Translations under genes and position numbers: made by a program
DNA from: an uncultured virus (IMG/VR IMGVR_UViG_3300006128_000009)
Lineage: Duplodnaviria; Heunggongvirae; Uroviricota; Caudoviricetes
DNA: 64,000 nucleotides
Virus record (IMG/VR): IMGVR_UViG_3300006128_000009
Strand: one strand, 5' to 3'
Notes under the pieces: generated by a model
Seen by the model: the letters and a program-made list of their open reading frames with translations, nothing else
Told to the model about the DNA's origin: nothing
The model's database searches: none
Part shown: positions 38,722 to 47,822 of the stretch, piece by piece
Layout of the letters: each line of letters opens with the position of its first letter
How positions within the stretch are numbered: the stretch's first letter is position 1

Positions 38722-39225
38722 ATGAACGTATCACAACAGCAACAAGCATTAGAAGTTGCTAAGTTGGCAGCAATGGTTGGTTCACAGCTTAAGGCTGTGG
38801 ACCAACTTACTGTTGAGCCATCTAGCAATCCAGCAAATAAAATTAACATTAATAATTTTATAGCTAATGTAAATAATCCAAATGCAAATGTAAGACCAGC
38901 TAAATATCTCACATCTACTCCAAATGGTTTTGCACCCCCTCCACCTGAGTCATTTGTTCAGAGTATGGTTCCTGATATTCCAAGTACTGTACCCGTAAGT
39001 CTTAGTCCTACTGAGAGTATTTTTGCTACACAAGCCCCACAAACATCAGAACAACCAATTCAGCAAAAGCAAGAAAATCAAAAATTTGAATTGCGTAAAG
39101 AATATGATAAACCTTTAATTACTCGTAGTGATATTGATAGTATTAGGAACTCACTAAAAAACATTGACAAGTCATTGTCAGGTCTGCTAGACTATTTTAA
39201 GAATAGTAAAAAGACCGATGAATGA
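38722..39225 (+). CDS. Hypothetical Pro/Gln-rich protein
   Basis: 167-aa ORF in operon. Confidence 0.65.
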   Translation: MNVSQQQQALEVAKLAAMVGSQLKAVDQLTVEPSSNPANKININNFIANVNNPNANVRPAKYLTSTPNGFAPPPPESFVQSMVPDIPSTVPVSLSPTESIFATQAPQTSEQPIQQKQENQKFELRKEYDKPLITRSDIDSIRNSLKNIDKSLSGLLDYFKNSKKTDE

Positions 39226-39970
39226 CTCCCTGCTCCCAATACCAAAAACATCTTTAGAAAAGTTATTGAAGCCTATAAACAGGCTTACCGAATCTTGTGT
39301 TCTAAAGATTGAAGATAATCAATTATATTCTCTCTGTACTTCTTTTGATAACAGTGTTATCCTCTATGCTAGATGTGCTATACCAGTTAGTATTCCTGAA
39401 ACAAAAATTAATTTAATCAACATTAAAAAGCTTTTAACTGGTTTAGACTGTCTTGGTGATGATGGTCAATTTTCTATCAAATTAGAGACTAATCATATTA
39501 AATGTCAGTCTAAAAATGATGAGACCGGAGAAAATACTCACTTCAAATATCATTTAGTTGATGATGGTATCATTAAAGAATCACCAGTAAAGGTAGACAG
39601 TATATGTAGTTTGACTTTTGATACGGAATTTGAAATTCCCATTTCAAAAATCAAACAAATCATGTCGGCATATTCCTTTGTGTCTGATGTTACAAAGATT
39701 TATTTTTATACTAAAAATGATAAAGTATATGCTGAGATTGATGATAAAACATCACAGAATGTTGATAATATATCAATGCTAGTTTCTTCGGGTTATACAG
39801 GAGAATCAATTGATCCTATATCGATTAAAATCGAAGTCTTTAAAAGTTTAATTAGTAGTAGATATCCGATCAAAGTAAAAATCAATAATAAACTTAAGGT
39901 TTTTATTTTTGAAGCACAAGAAGACGATAACGTTAAATTAAAATTTATCGTTTCAGCACTTGTTAAATAA
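39218..39970 (+). CDS. gp45: Sliding clamp (gp45/PCNA-like)
   Basis: 250-aa two-domain alpha/beta pattern with FKYHLVDD linker; replication cluster; TTGACA-18-TAGACT upstream. Confidence 0.65.
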   Translation: MNDSLLPIPKTSLEKLLKPINRLTESCVLKIEDNQLYSLCTSFDNSVILYARCAIPVSIPETKINLINIKKLLTGLDCLGDDGQFSIKLETNHIKCQSKNDETGENTHFKYHLVDDGIIKESPVKVDSICSLTFDTEFEIPISKIKQIMSAYSFVSDVTKIYFYTKNDKVYAEIDDKTSQNVDNISMLVSSGYTGESIDPISIKIEVFKSLISSRYPIKVKINNKLKVFIFEAQEDDNVKLKFIVSALVK

Positions 39971-39991
39971 AAAAGCATAATAAATAGTTTT

Positions 39992-40306
39992 ATGTCAAAG
40001 AATAAAATAACAACCTGTAGTTACTTTATCAAGCGTCTCCGTGATAGCGGTTATGTTACAGATAAAGTTTATTCCGATTATTCAAATTCCGATCCTAGAT
40101 CTTGGACCGTTGTGGTTGATCCTAGAGTATCATCAGTCATGATAACTTGTTTCAACAATCACAATTTCTTCGGTGAAGAATATTTTGAAATGCATGATGG
40201 TGGACAATTTATTCCTGAACACTTTAAACTAAAAACTAGTTCAATTGAAACATTAATAGAATATCTTGTTAAATTTGGTATAAATAATAAGTCTGATAAA
40301 TATTAA
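39992..40306 (+). CDS. Hypothetical late protein
   Basis: 104-aa ORF; TAAATA 5 nt upstream. Confidence 0.7.
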   Translation: MSKNKITTCSYFIKRLRDSGYVTDKVYSDYSNSDPRSWTVVVDPRVSSVMITCFNNHNFFGEEYFEMHDGGQFIPEHFKLKTSSIETLIEYLVKFGINNKSDKY

Positions 40307-40312
40307 AATAAA

Positions 40313-40708
40313 ATGGCTAGAAAAAAGAAAGATGAGTTTAATGCCAATATACCATCTCTTTCTTCTGTAGATTTTCCACAAAAGATAACATCAAACGCAG
40401 ATGATTCTAAAGAAGAATTAACAAAAAAAGTGTATGATGCAATCTCAAATATCGAATTGCAAAAAAGCATAGATAAATGGTTAAAGGAAAATAAAAAAGA
40501 AAATCTAATAACACAGAGAGATCTTTCTATACTTAAAAGTATAATATCTGAATATTTAGACGTTTTTATTATACTCGGTTATAATCCACATGGCGAAAGA
40601 ATAATTTTGCAAAATTTTAAAAATGCAAGAGACAGAGATGCAATAATGGAATTTTTCAAAACAGTTTTCATAAAACAACAACAAGATAATTTTTTAGACA
40701 ATGACTGA
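40313..40708 (+). CDS. Hypothetical protein
   Basis: 131-aa ORF in operon. Confidence 0.65.
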   Translation: MARKKKDEFNANIPSLSSVDFPQKITSNADDSKEELTKKVYDAISNIELQKSIDKWLKENKKENLITQRDLSILKSIISEYLDVFIILGYNPHGERIILQNFKNARDRDAIMEFFKTVFIKQQQDNFLDND

Positions 40709-41720
40709 TTTCATCGACCCAACATGTAGCCATCCGACATTAGACGCAACTACCTTTCCTATAGGAAGTGCAGGTAGAAGTAATGGTTTTAATATTCTGC
40801 CGTTTTTATGTCAATTAATGAAGGCAGCAGTTGATCAAAGCGTTGATCCGATGTTAGTGCCTCCTGCTCAATATGACATGTCAAAACATTTAGATTTCTC
40901 AGCACTTACTGGTGTTGGTGATTCTAGATTTAGTACGGGTGCTATAATGTCAGCGGCATTTGTTAAATTCTTACCTAGATTAATAACACAAATAGAGGTA
41001 AAAAATTCTGGTGGTACTCAAATAATTGATAACTATATTTGCGATTCTGATGGCAATGCTATAAAAGAATCCATGACTGTTCCTGTAATGACTACAGTAA
41101 CTAGTAAAGGAGCTAATTTGTATGGTTATGAAATTCCAGCTGGTTTAAATACTAATGATTTATTAAAACCATTAAACCAACAAGAAGTTTATGATTATAT
41201 AAATGGGTTTATTCAAAGTCAGTCTGAAAACGCTGCTGATTATTTTATATCTTATTTAGAATTAAATTATCCAAGTAGTAATTGGTCTTATTCGGTTGGT
41301 GGATTTACTCTTCCTCCATTTTTTTATGTTGAAGTCACAAATTCAAAAACAAATCAATATGTTTATTTCAAATATCATGAAAATGTAAAAGATTATGTTG
41401 TGGGTAAATTGTTTGATCTTGGTTTAATACCAAGTAAAAACATTAATTATAGTCCCAAACCTAATTTCAGTAATAGTGCTCTTGTAGCGGCTTACATGAG
41501 TGTAGTTCCGGATTACAAAGATTTATTAAATAATAAAGATGCAAGTCAAACTTATTTGGATAAAGTTAGTAATACAGTCACTACTAGTTCTCCTAATGAA
41601 TATAAAGATCAAAGACAAGCAAATACTGATAAATACAATCAATTATATAATGATTTCTATGCATTGAAAACAGATTTCTATGCAGTAAAAAAGAAATTAC
41701 AAGATAAAAAAGAAATTTAA
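40701..41720 (+). CDS. Hypothetical, possibly virion protein
   Basis: 339-aa ORF with structural-protein-like composition. Confidence 0.6.
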   Translation: MTDFIDPTCSHPTLDATTFPIGSAGRSNGFNILPFLCQLMKAAVDQSVDPMLVPPAQYDMSKHLDFSALTGVGDSRFSTGAIMSAAFVKFLPRLITQIEVKNSGGTQIIDNYICDSDGNAIKESMTVPVMTTVTSKGANLYGYEIPAGLNTNDLLKPLNQQEVYDYINGFIQSQSENAADYFISYLELNYPSSNWSYSVGGFTLPPFFYVEVTNSKTNQYVYFKYHENVKDYVVGKLFDLGLIPSKNINYSPKPNFSNSALVAAYMSVVPDYKDLLNNKDASQTYLDKVSNTVTTSSPNEYKDQRQANTDKYNQLYNDFYALKTDFYAVKKKLQDKKEI

Positions 41721-43744
41721 CAGTTATATTGTGTACTAGGAGTAACACCCACAATACTTCCATCTGGATTGAATTGTGCTGTTACAGGAACGAAATTGCC
41801 AGTAAAAGCTTCGGCTGGTAATCCATAAGCAGCATTTCTTGCTTGAATTGCATTATTAGCTCTATTTTGAGCATTTGCGAATGATGCACCACCGACTAAA
41901 CATCCACCGCCTACGGAATTAGGACCCGGTGACGTACCAGAAGGTTCCGGTGGAGGTGTTGGTACGTGACTACCATTAGGTCTATTTGAAAGATAACCTT
42001 CCATACCATCATATGAAACACAAGCGGGATGTTCATGAAAATGTGTATGACCTCCTGATATCTGTGGATGATTATGAGGAAAACTCCAAACAGGCATGAA
42101 TCCCGGATCGACGATACCCGGCCCTGTATCTGTAGTCACAGTTATTGGTGACAACAAGAAATAATCATAACCTGTCATAGCAAATCCTGCTGGTAATCCT
42201 TCATTAGCAACTGGTGTGTTGATTTTAACTAAATTAATACCTTTTAATACCGCATTTGTAAGCCACTCTAAAGATAAGATATAATCCAAACCATCTATGA
42301 CTGTATTTATTATATGTAAAGTTTCAGCAAATGTATTATATACAGTCGCCTGATGACCATTTTCAAATGGAGGTAATGAATTATAAACAGGATGATGTGA
42401 AACTGGATCACAAGCAGAAGCTGCTTCAGTTTGATATTGTGTACTTCTTGTTATTAAAGTAGGAGTTGCAACTGCTCCATCTAAAATAATAGTACCTTTT
42501 ACATTTAAATCACCATTTACAGAAAGTTTACCAGTTACGTGTGTTCTTTTTGCATCAAAAAGAATAGCACTATCACCAGATCTATCATTTGCGTCTAATT
42601 TTATATTTTTACCTTTTAACGTAGTTAGACCATTAGAAGCGACAATCATTTCACCGTGTGTACTTAATAGGTCAACACTTCCAGCATGAATTGCGGTATG
42701 ACCAGTTGTTTGTATCTCTATACCCGGTGCACCCGCAGATACAGTAAATTTATTACTAGCATCTAAGAAAATTTCACCACCCGGCGTACTATCTACCCCA
42801 ATATGGTGTAACATATCTTTCATTGCACCTTCTTGTTCTATACCCAATTCTTTTTTACCTTTACAATTTAGTCCAGTTGGAAAGGGAACGGATAAACCTA
42901 TGCCATAAGGAATAATATTATTTTTAACTAATCCTGCTCTTATATGTAAACCACCAGAAAAATGATGAACATTAGCATTCGGACTAAGATTTTGTTCGTG
43001 TTTAGTTATTTCGGATTGTTTCTCTTGTAATTGTTGTTGTGCTATATTGTTTGCTTGTTGGAAATTATTACCATTTGTTTTCATCACACCCCCTTCACAA
43101 TTAGGATGTCCGCAACTTTTACCACCAGTTAAAGATAAATTACTGGTTTCCGACATAAAGGGAACCAATAACATAGTTAAATATTTGTTTAATTTTTCTA
43201 CATTAAATGGTGCCCAAGGTAGAATTTTATATTTTTCAATAGTTCTTAATATTTGACCAGCAAGCACACTTGCTCTTTGCGTGTTTACTTTACCAGCACA
43301 CACTGGACATTTTACTTGATCGGGTTCTGCTGATTCAAATGCTTGTTTTTTCTGCTCATGTATATCATTAACCATTCCTTGTATAGCACTAGCTGATTGT
43401 ACGGCAGTGCTATCGTGGGAACCCGGTACATTCACCGTATTCCCCTTTGCATGATGAAACGAATGTCCACCAACTACGCTCTGATGAGAACCACCCGTAG
43501 ATTGAACATGATCTTTTTTAGAATTATTAATTGTATCGCCCTCTGAATTTAGAAAAATACCACCGGGTTTCAAGAATGCAAAATTACCAGTATTATCTTG
43601 TAATCCTATTACTGATAAATCATCTGGTACAACAGATCCAAACGGAGATTTCTGAAGATGATATTTAAAAAGAAGTTGACCTGCTGGTGAATAAAAACCA
43701 TCAGTAAATTTTATTTCATTTTCATCATTTACATTTTCGGACAT
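41717..43744 (-). CDS. Central spike/needle protein (gp5 C-terminal beta-helix-like)
   Basis: Beta-strand repeats (VTGKLSVNGDLNVKG), His cluster HNH...HTHFHEH, CPVC...CGHPNC; follows the gp5-OB gene. Confidence 0.55.
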   Translation of the reverse strand: MSENVNDENEIKFTDGFYSPAGQLLFKYHLQKSPFGSVVPDDLSVIGLQDNTGNFAFLKPGGIFLNSEGDTINNSKKDHVQSTGGSHQSVVGGHSFHHAKGNTVNVPGSHDSTAVQSASAIQGMVNDIHEQKKQAFESAEPDQVKCPVCAGKVNTQRASVLAGQILRTIEKYKILPWAPFNVEKLNKYLTMLLVPFMSETSNLSLTGGKSCGHPNCEGGVMKTNGNNFQQANNIAQQQLQEKQSEITKHEQNLSPNANVHHFSGGLHIRAGLVKNNIIPYGIGLSVPFPTGLNCKGKKELGIEQEGAMKDMLHHIGVDSTPGGEIFLDASNKFTVSAGAPGIEIQTTGHTAIHAGSVDLLSTHGEMIVASNGLTTLKGKNIKLDANDRSGDSAILFDAKRTHVTGKLSVNGDLNVKGTIILDGAVATPTLITRSTQYQTEAASACDPVSHHPVYNSLPPFENGHQATVYNTFAETLHIINTVIDGLDYILSLEWLTNAVLKGINLVKINTPVANEGLPAGFAMTGYDYFLLSPITVTTDTGPGIVDPGFMPVWSFPHNHPQISGGHTHFHEHPACVSYDGMEGYLSNRPNGSHVPTPPPEPSGTSPGPNSVGGGCLVGGASFANAQNRANNAIQARNAAYGLPAEAFTGNFVPVTAQFNPDGSIVGVTPSTQYNC

Positions 43745-43777
43745 AATAATATTTATTTAACTTAATTAAATATCAAA

Positions 43778-44890
43778 TTAAACATGGTGACCAGCTGGTG
43801 ATGCATTTGCTTCTAACACACTTGCAAAATAAACTGGTTTTTGCGGATCTCCTCCGTGAAAAAATACCCAAACTTTAGATCCAACTGCTGGTTTAGAAAT
43901 AAACCCTTTTACGCCAGTATTTGGCAAACTAGCAATTCCAGATTTTTGCATCTGAACTGGTCTATGATCATCAGATGTTTGTGGACCTTGAGTTTGATTC
44001 TGAGCTATATAATCGGTATTTAAATTGCCACTAGCTATCCAATCAGCAGCAGATTGTCCTTGTGGTACGGTACCGGGAAAATCAGCTAATTGTTGTTGTA
44101 ACTCTTGATTTGTTTTAGGATACGAACTTGCTTTACCCACAACAGTCCATTCCATACTAGTTCCATTATAAGGTGAATTTTTATATTGCGTAGGATCTAC
44201 CCAAACGTCAACATTACCAGCAGTATCACTACCCGATGTATCTACAATCATTACTTTTTCTCCTGTTTTAGAATTATATAAAACCGTACCATTCGGTAAA
44301 TTTGGGTCATTTGTAGCAGCCGCACCGGGTCCTAAATTCTGATATCCACTATTACCAAATCCTTTATTGGTATTACTATCATGATTCAGATCTGGTCCTC
44401 CTACATCTACACCAAAACTATATTCAGTAGTAAAAGCAGTAATTTTTTTTCCATCTGTACTAGCTGGAGCATCTTGTTTTTGCGGTGGATCACCATCAGC
44501 ACTAGAAGCTATTGGAGTCACGTTTTTCCCAGCAGCTGTATTTGGATCTGTTTTAGGGGATTGTGAAGCTGAAGAATTCGGATCTTGAAGAGAAACTTCT
44601 GGTTTAATTTGTGGTCCGGTTTTAGAATTTACTGGTGCTGATGTCCCACCACCAAAACTTAAATTTGCTTTTTCAGACCAAGGTAAAACATTTTTTAATC
44701 TTCTTAAGATATCAGGAGTAAATGTACCATCAACTGTTTTAAAACTTTTATCAGTACCCAATTGATCATTCCAAGAATCAATTAAAGTATTACTTAAACT
44801 TGGTATAAAAACCTGAACTCTACTTCTATTTTCAGGATCTTGATCGTTTATAACAAATCCTATATGATTACCATTTATATAGTCATCCAT
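43778..44890 (-). CDS. gp5/VgrG OB-fold hub protein with inserted 3D domain
   Basis: N-terminal GFVINDQDPENRSRVQVFIP...LPW, C-terminal PAVGSKVWVFFHGGDPQKPVYFA; insert TTEY...AAATND..LPNGT...VDT...VDVW. Confidence 0.8.
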   Translation of the reverse strand: MDDYINGNHIGFVINDQDPENRSRVQVFIPSLSNTLIDSWNDQLGTDKSFKTVDGTFTPDILRRLKNVLPWSEKANLSFGGGTSAPVNSKTGPQIKPEVSLQDPNSSASQSPKTDPNTAAGKNVTPIASSADGDPPQKQDAPASTDGKKITAFTTEYSFGVDVGGPDLNHDSNTNKGFGNSGYQNLGPGAAATNDPNLPNGTVLYNSKTGEKVMIVDTSGSDTAGNVDVWVDPTQYKNSPYNGTSMEWTVVGKASSYPKTNQELQQQLADFPGTVPQGQSAADWIASGNLNTDYIAQNQTQGPQTSDDHRPVQMQKSGIASLPNTGVKGFISKPAVGSKVWVFFHGGDPQKPVYFASVLEANASPAGHHV

Positions 44891-44891
44891 A

Positions 44892-46895
44892 TCAATTAGA
44901 TTTAGCGGGTTTACCTGAAGAACTTACTCCATCAGCAGGAGGAGTAAATAAATCAGACCAAGCATTTTTTAAATTAGTATAGTCTTCTTGTATTGGGACA
45001 AATACATTTTTTACTGGATTACCATTTGAATCTATTAATGTTCCATCTGATCTAGTATAGACATTCGGATGTAAATTAAAATCAGGTACAGGTAATTTAC
45101 CACCAAAATGTGTAAAAATAGCTTGAGCTTTACCTAAATATTGACCTAATTGAGACATACCAGCCATATTAGATCCATATTTGCTTTCTAATGCACCTAT
45201 TAAATCTCCGTGTAAAGCTTGCATTACATATCCATAGCCAAAATTCTGCAATTTATTAGCTAAAAATGCATCGGGATTACTACCTATCGTATTAACTAAA
45301 TTGAATATATCTTGTATTTGTGGTGGTAAATGCGAAGTAATAATACCCAAAGGATCAACTGTTAATTGAGAAGTAGCAGTTAATATCTGTTGAAATCCAT
45401 TTAAATAATTTAAAAACGGACCAGACATTTGAAATAAAGATGTAAAGAAATTTATATCATCTAATATTACCTGTAATGTTTCTAATATCAAACATAATAA
45501 ATCTAATGGAATAATACTATCAATTAAACTTAAAAGTTTTTGTTTGATTTTTGCCAAAACACCATTTACTTGAGCATAAAGTTGTTTTACTAAATCAATA
45601 CAACCTTGATACATATCATAAATTAATTGTTCAAATGTTTGAACTACAGCTTGTATTTTTGCTAATAATCTATTTAATGAACCAAAAGAACCTTTTGGTA
45701 AAGTAAGCCAAGCATGAGTTCTTATTTTATTGCAAAAATTTACTAATTCCTGAGTAGCACCCGGATGGATACTATCCAATAAATTAGTAACTAAACTAGA
45801 ATGTATATTTGGTGAACCCGTAATTGGATTTGCTGGTTGATTACCAGCATTTATACCATGAGTTACACCATAGCAACCAATATTGTCAAAACAGTGTTTT
45901 GCGTAGGCTGGTGTTTTTGATATTATTTTTTTTAATGTTACATCCTTTGCTAATAATCTAAAACTGTTAATGAAATTTTCATCCATTACTGCTTTCTGTT
46001 GCTTACCCGGATCTAAATCCGCTGTTATCGTGCCATAATCAAAACCTTCAACTAACATTCTTAATAGTATTAAATATGAATTTATATTTAATTCAACACC
46101 ATAATGATTCCATGTTCTCTTTAATATCGCTAATTCATCCGCATTTAATCCTGTTTTTTGTTCCCAATCTGCTATTATTTTTGCTTGTGAATTTTGATTT
46201 TGCTGAGTTTGAGATTGAGTCTGATTAGCAGCTTGGGTTTGATTAGCAGCTTGAGTTTGATCTGTTTGATTTTGTGTATCGTCTGGAGGTGGAGGAGGAA
46301 TCGATTGAGCGTCAGTTTGATCCGGTTGAGCCACTACGGGTGTAGGATTATCTTGATTCGCTGATGATGAAGGAGCACTACTTTGACCATTTACTCCACT
46401 AGACGTAGTTAAATCAACTCCATTTAAATTCTGTGTATTATTTAAAATAGCAGAAGAACTAATGCCTCTTTGTGCATAAAGAACCCCATTATAATTTGAG
46501 TTTATATCATTGACTTCTCCATTCTGAAGTCCTAAATTCTCATTGACACCAACTGCAATACTATCACCAACACCTATATATTGAGTATTTGGATAATATT
46601 GTTCAGCTTGATTAATAGCATATTGATAACCAGCATCACTCGGATGTATACCATCCCCACCTGCATAGTATTTATCAGGAATTACGACGACAGGTGCTCC
46701 ATTAGCACCCGCTGCTACATAATCTGAGACACTACCAGAACCTCGTAAAGCGGGACCGGGTGCAACCAATACCACATTATTACTTTGATTTAATGCACCA
46801 ACTGTATTCGATACATTTTGTTGGGTTTTAGCTCCGGAAATTTGACCCGGATCATTACTCCCCGTAGATAAAATAATTGTATTTGCGTATGCCAT
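44892..46895 (-). CDS. Baseplate-region protein with N-terminal permuted SGNH-like esterase, Gln-rich linker and helical C-terminus
   Basis: GSND (aa 12-15), DGIHP (81-85), GDS (110-112), AQRGISS (141-147). Confidence 0.65.
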   Translation of the reverse strand: MAYANTIILSTGSNDPGQISGAKTQQNVSNTVGALNQSNNVVLVAPGPALRGSGSVSDYVAAGANGAPVVVIPDKYYAGGDGIHPSDAGYQYAINQAEQYYPNTQYIGVGDSIAVGVNENLGLQNGEVNDINSNYNGVLYAQRGISSSAILNNTQNLNGVDLTTSSGVNGQSSAPSSSANQDNPTPVVAQPDQTDAQSIPPPPPDDTQNQTDQTQAANQTQAANQTQSQTQQNQNSQAKIIADWEQKTGLNADELAILKRTWNHYGVELNINSYLILLRMLVEGFDYGTITADLDPGKQQKAVMDENFINSFRLLAKDVTLKKIISKTPAYAKHCFDNIGCYGVTHGINAGNQPANPITGSPNIHSSLVTNLLDSIHPGATQELVNFCNKIRTHAWLTLPKGSFGSLNRLLAKIQAVVQTFEQLIYDMYQGCIDLVKQLYAQVNGVLAKIKQKLLSLIDSIIPLDLLCLILETLQVILDDINFFTSLFQMSGPFLNYLNGFQQILTATSQLTVDPLGIITSHLPPQIQDIFNLVNTIGSNPDAFLANKLQNFGYGYVMQALHGDLIGALESKYGSNMAGMSQLGQYLGKAQAIFTHFGGKLPVPDFNLHPNVYTRSDGTLIDSNGNPVKNVFVPIQEDYTNLKNAWSDLFTPPADGVSSSGKPAKSN
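46205..46265 (-). repeat. 18-nt coding tandem repeat (QTQAAN)
   Basis: QTDQTQAANQTQAANQTQSQTQ. Confidence 0.6.
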
Positions 46896-46936
46896 ATTTT
46901 TCTTGAAATGTTATATTTTCAATATATAATATACTT

Positions 46937-47548
46937 ATGTCTAAATCTCAAAATTCATATCCTCCAATAGGTATTGCTGGAGCAGCTAGAGCAGGTAAAG
47001 ATACTCTATGTAGAGGTTTGCGTAGAATGTTTTCAGAATTTGACATACCAAGTAAAAGAAAATCTATTGCGGGGGACACAATTAAAAGTGATTTCAAAGA
47101 ACTTTTGAATAATTCATTCAATATCAACTCCTTTACAGAAGATTTAGAAGAAAAGGAATTAATTCGACCTCTAATGGTCGAATATGGCAAAATAGCAAGA
47201 ATTAAAACAGAAGGTAGATATTTTATAGAAAAATGTGATTTGGATAAAGATTTTGTTAATATTATACCAGATATTCGTTATACAGAATATTCTAGAGACG
47301 AAGTCCAATGGTTAAAAAACGAAGTAGGTGGATTATTAATATTTGTTGAAAGAAAAAACATTTTCGATGCAAATGATACAGAGAGAGTTAATAATAAAAT
47401 TATTAAACCTATGGCTGATGTGAGAATATCATGGTCTAATTTAAATGAAAATATTCAGAATGAAAGAGAACAAATAGATTCATTTGCTAGTGATATTATA
47501 ACAAATTATTATTTACCACTTACCAAGAGGACAATTAGCGGCTCGTAA
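46937..47548 (+). CDS. gp1: Deoxynucleoside monophosphate kinase (gp1-like)
   Basis: IGIAGAARAGKDT, RPLMVEYG...R, IIPDIRY..E; TTGAAA-16-TATAAT 6 nt upstream. Confidence 0.85.
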   Translation: MSKSQNSYPPIGIAGAARAGKDTLCRGLRRMFSEFDIPSKRKSIAGDTIKSDFKELLNNSFNINSFTEDLEEKELIRPLMVEYGKIARIKTEGRYFIEKCDLDKDFVNIIPDIRYTEYSRDEVQWLKNEVGGLLIFVERKNIFDANDTERVNNKIIKPMADVRISWSNLNENIQNEREQIDSFASDIITNYYLPLTKRTISGS

Positions 47549-47821
47549 ATACGCCTTTACAGCAAGAAAACAACCACATTTAGTACATCTCTGTTGTGGT
47601 TTATTGTAAAAATTACATCCCTCACATATATTTTTTCTTCTGTTTGCTTCTTCCTCAGAAACATTCATCGGATTACCAGCCGCTACTGATTGTATTACGT
47701 TTTTAGCAGTTGATGCTAAATTTCTAGTCATATCGATTATATTTGGATTCTTCTTATTAGAAGAAGCAAATTCACGAATTTTATTATTTTGTAACATATT
47801 TTTTAATTGATCTCTATTCAT
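47513..47821 (-). CDS. Small Cys-rich (DUF6171-like) protein
   Basis: RRKNICEGC...RCTKCGCF...K...CPLGKW. Confidence 0.7.
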   Translation of the reverse strand: MNRDQLKNMLQNNKIREFASSNKKNPNIIDMTRNLASTAKNVIQSVAAGNPMNVSEEEANRRKNICEGCNFYNKPQQRCTKCGCFLAVKAYLRAANCPLGKW

Positions 47822-47822
47822 A

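Noticed and set aside
43744..43778. Frameshift or readthrough joining gp5-OB to the spike gene
   Set aside because: Clean stop, 33-nt gap and a dedicated TAAATA box 5 nt before the next ATG
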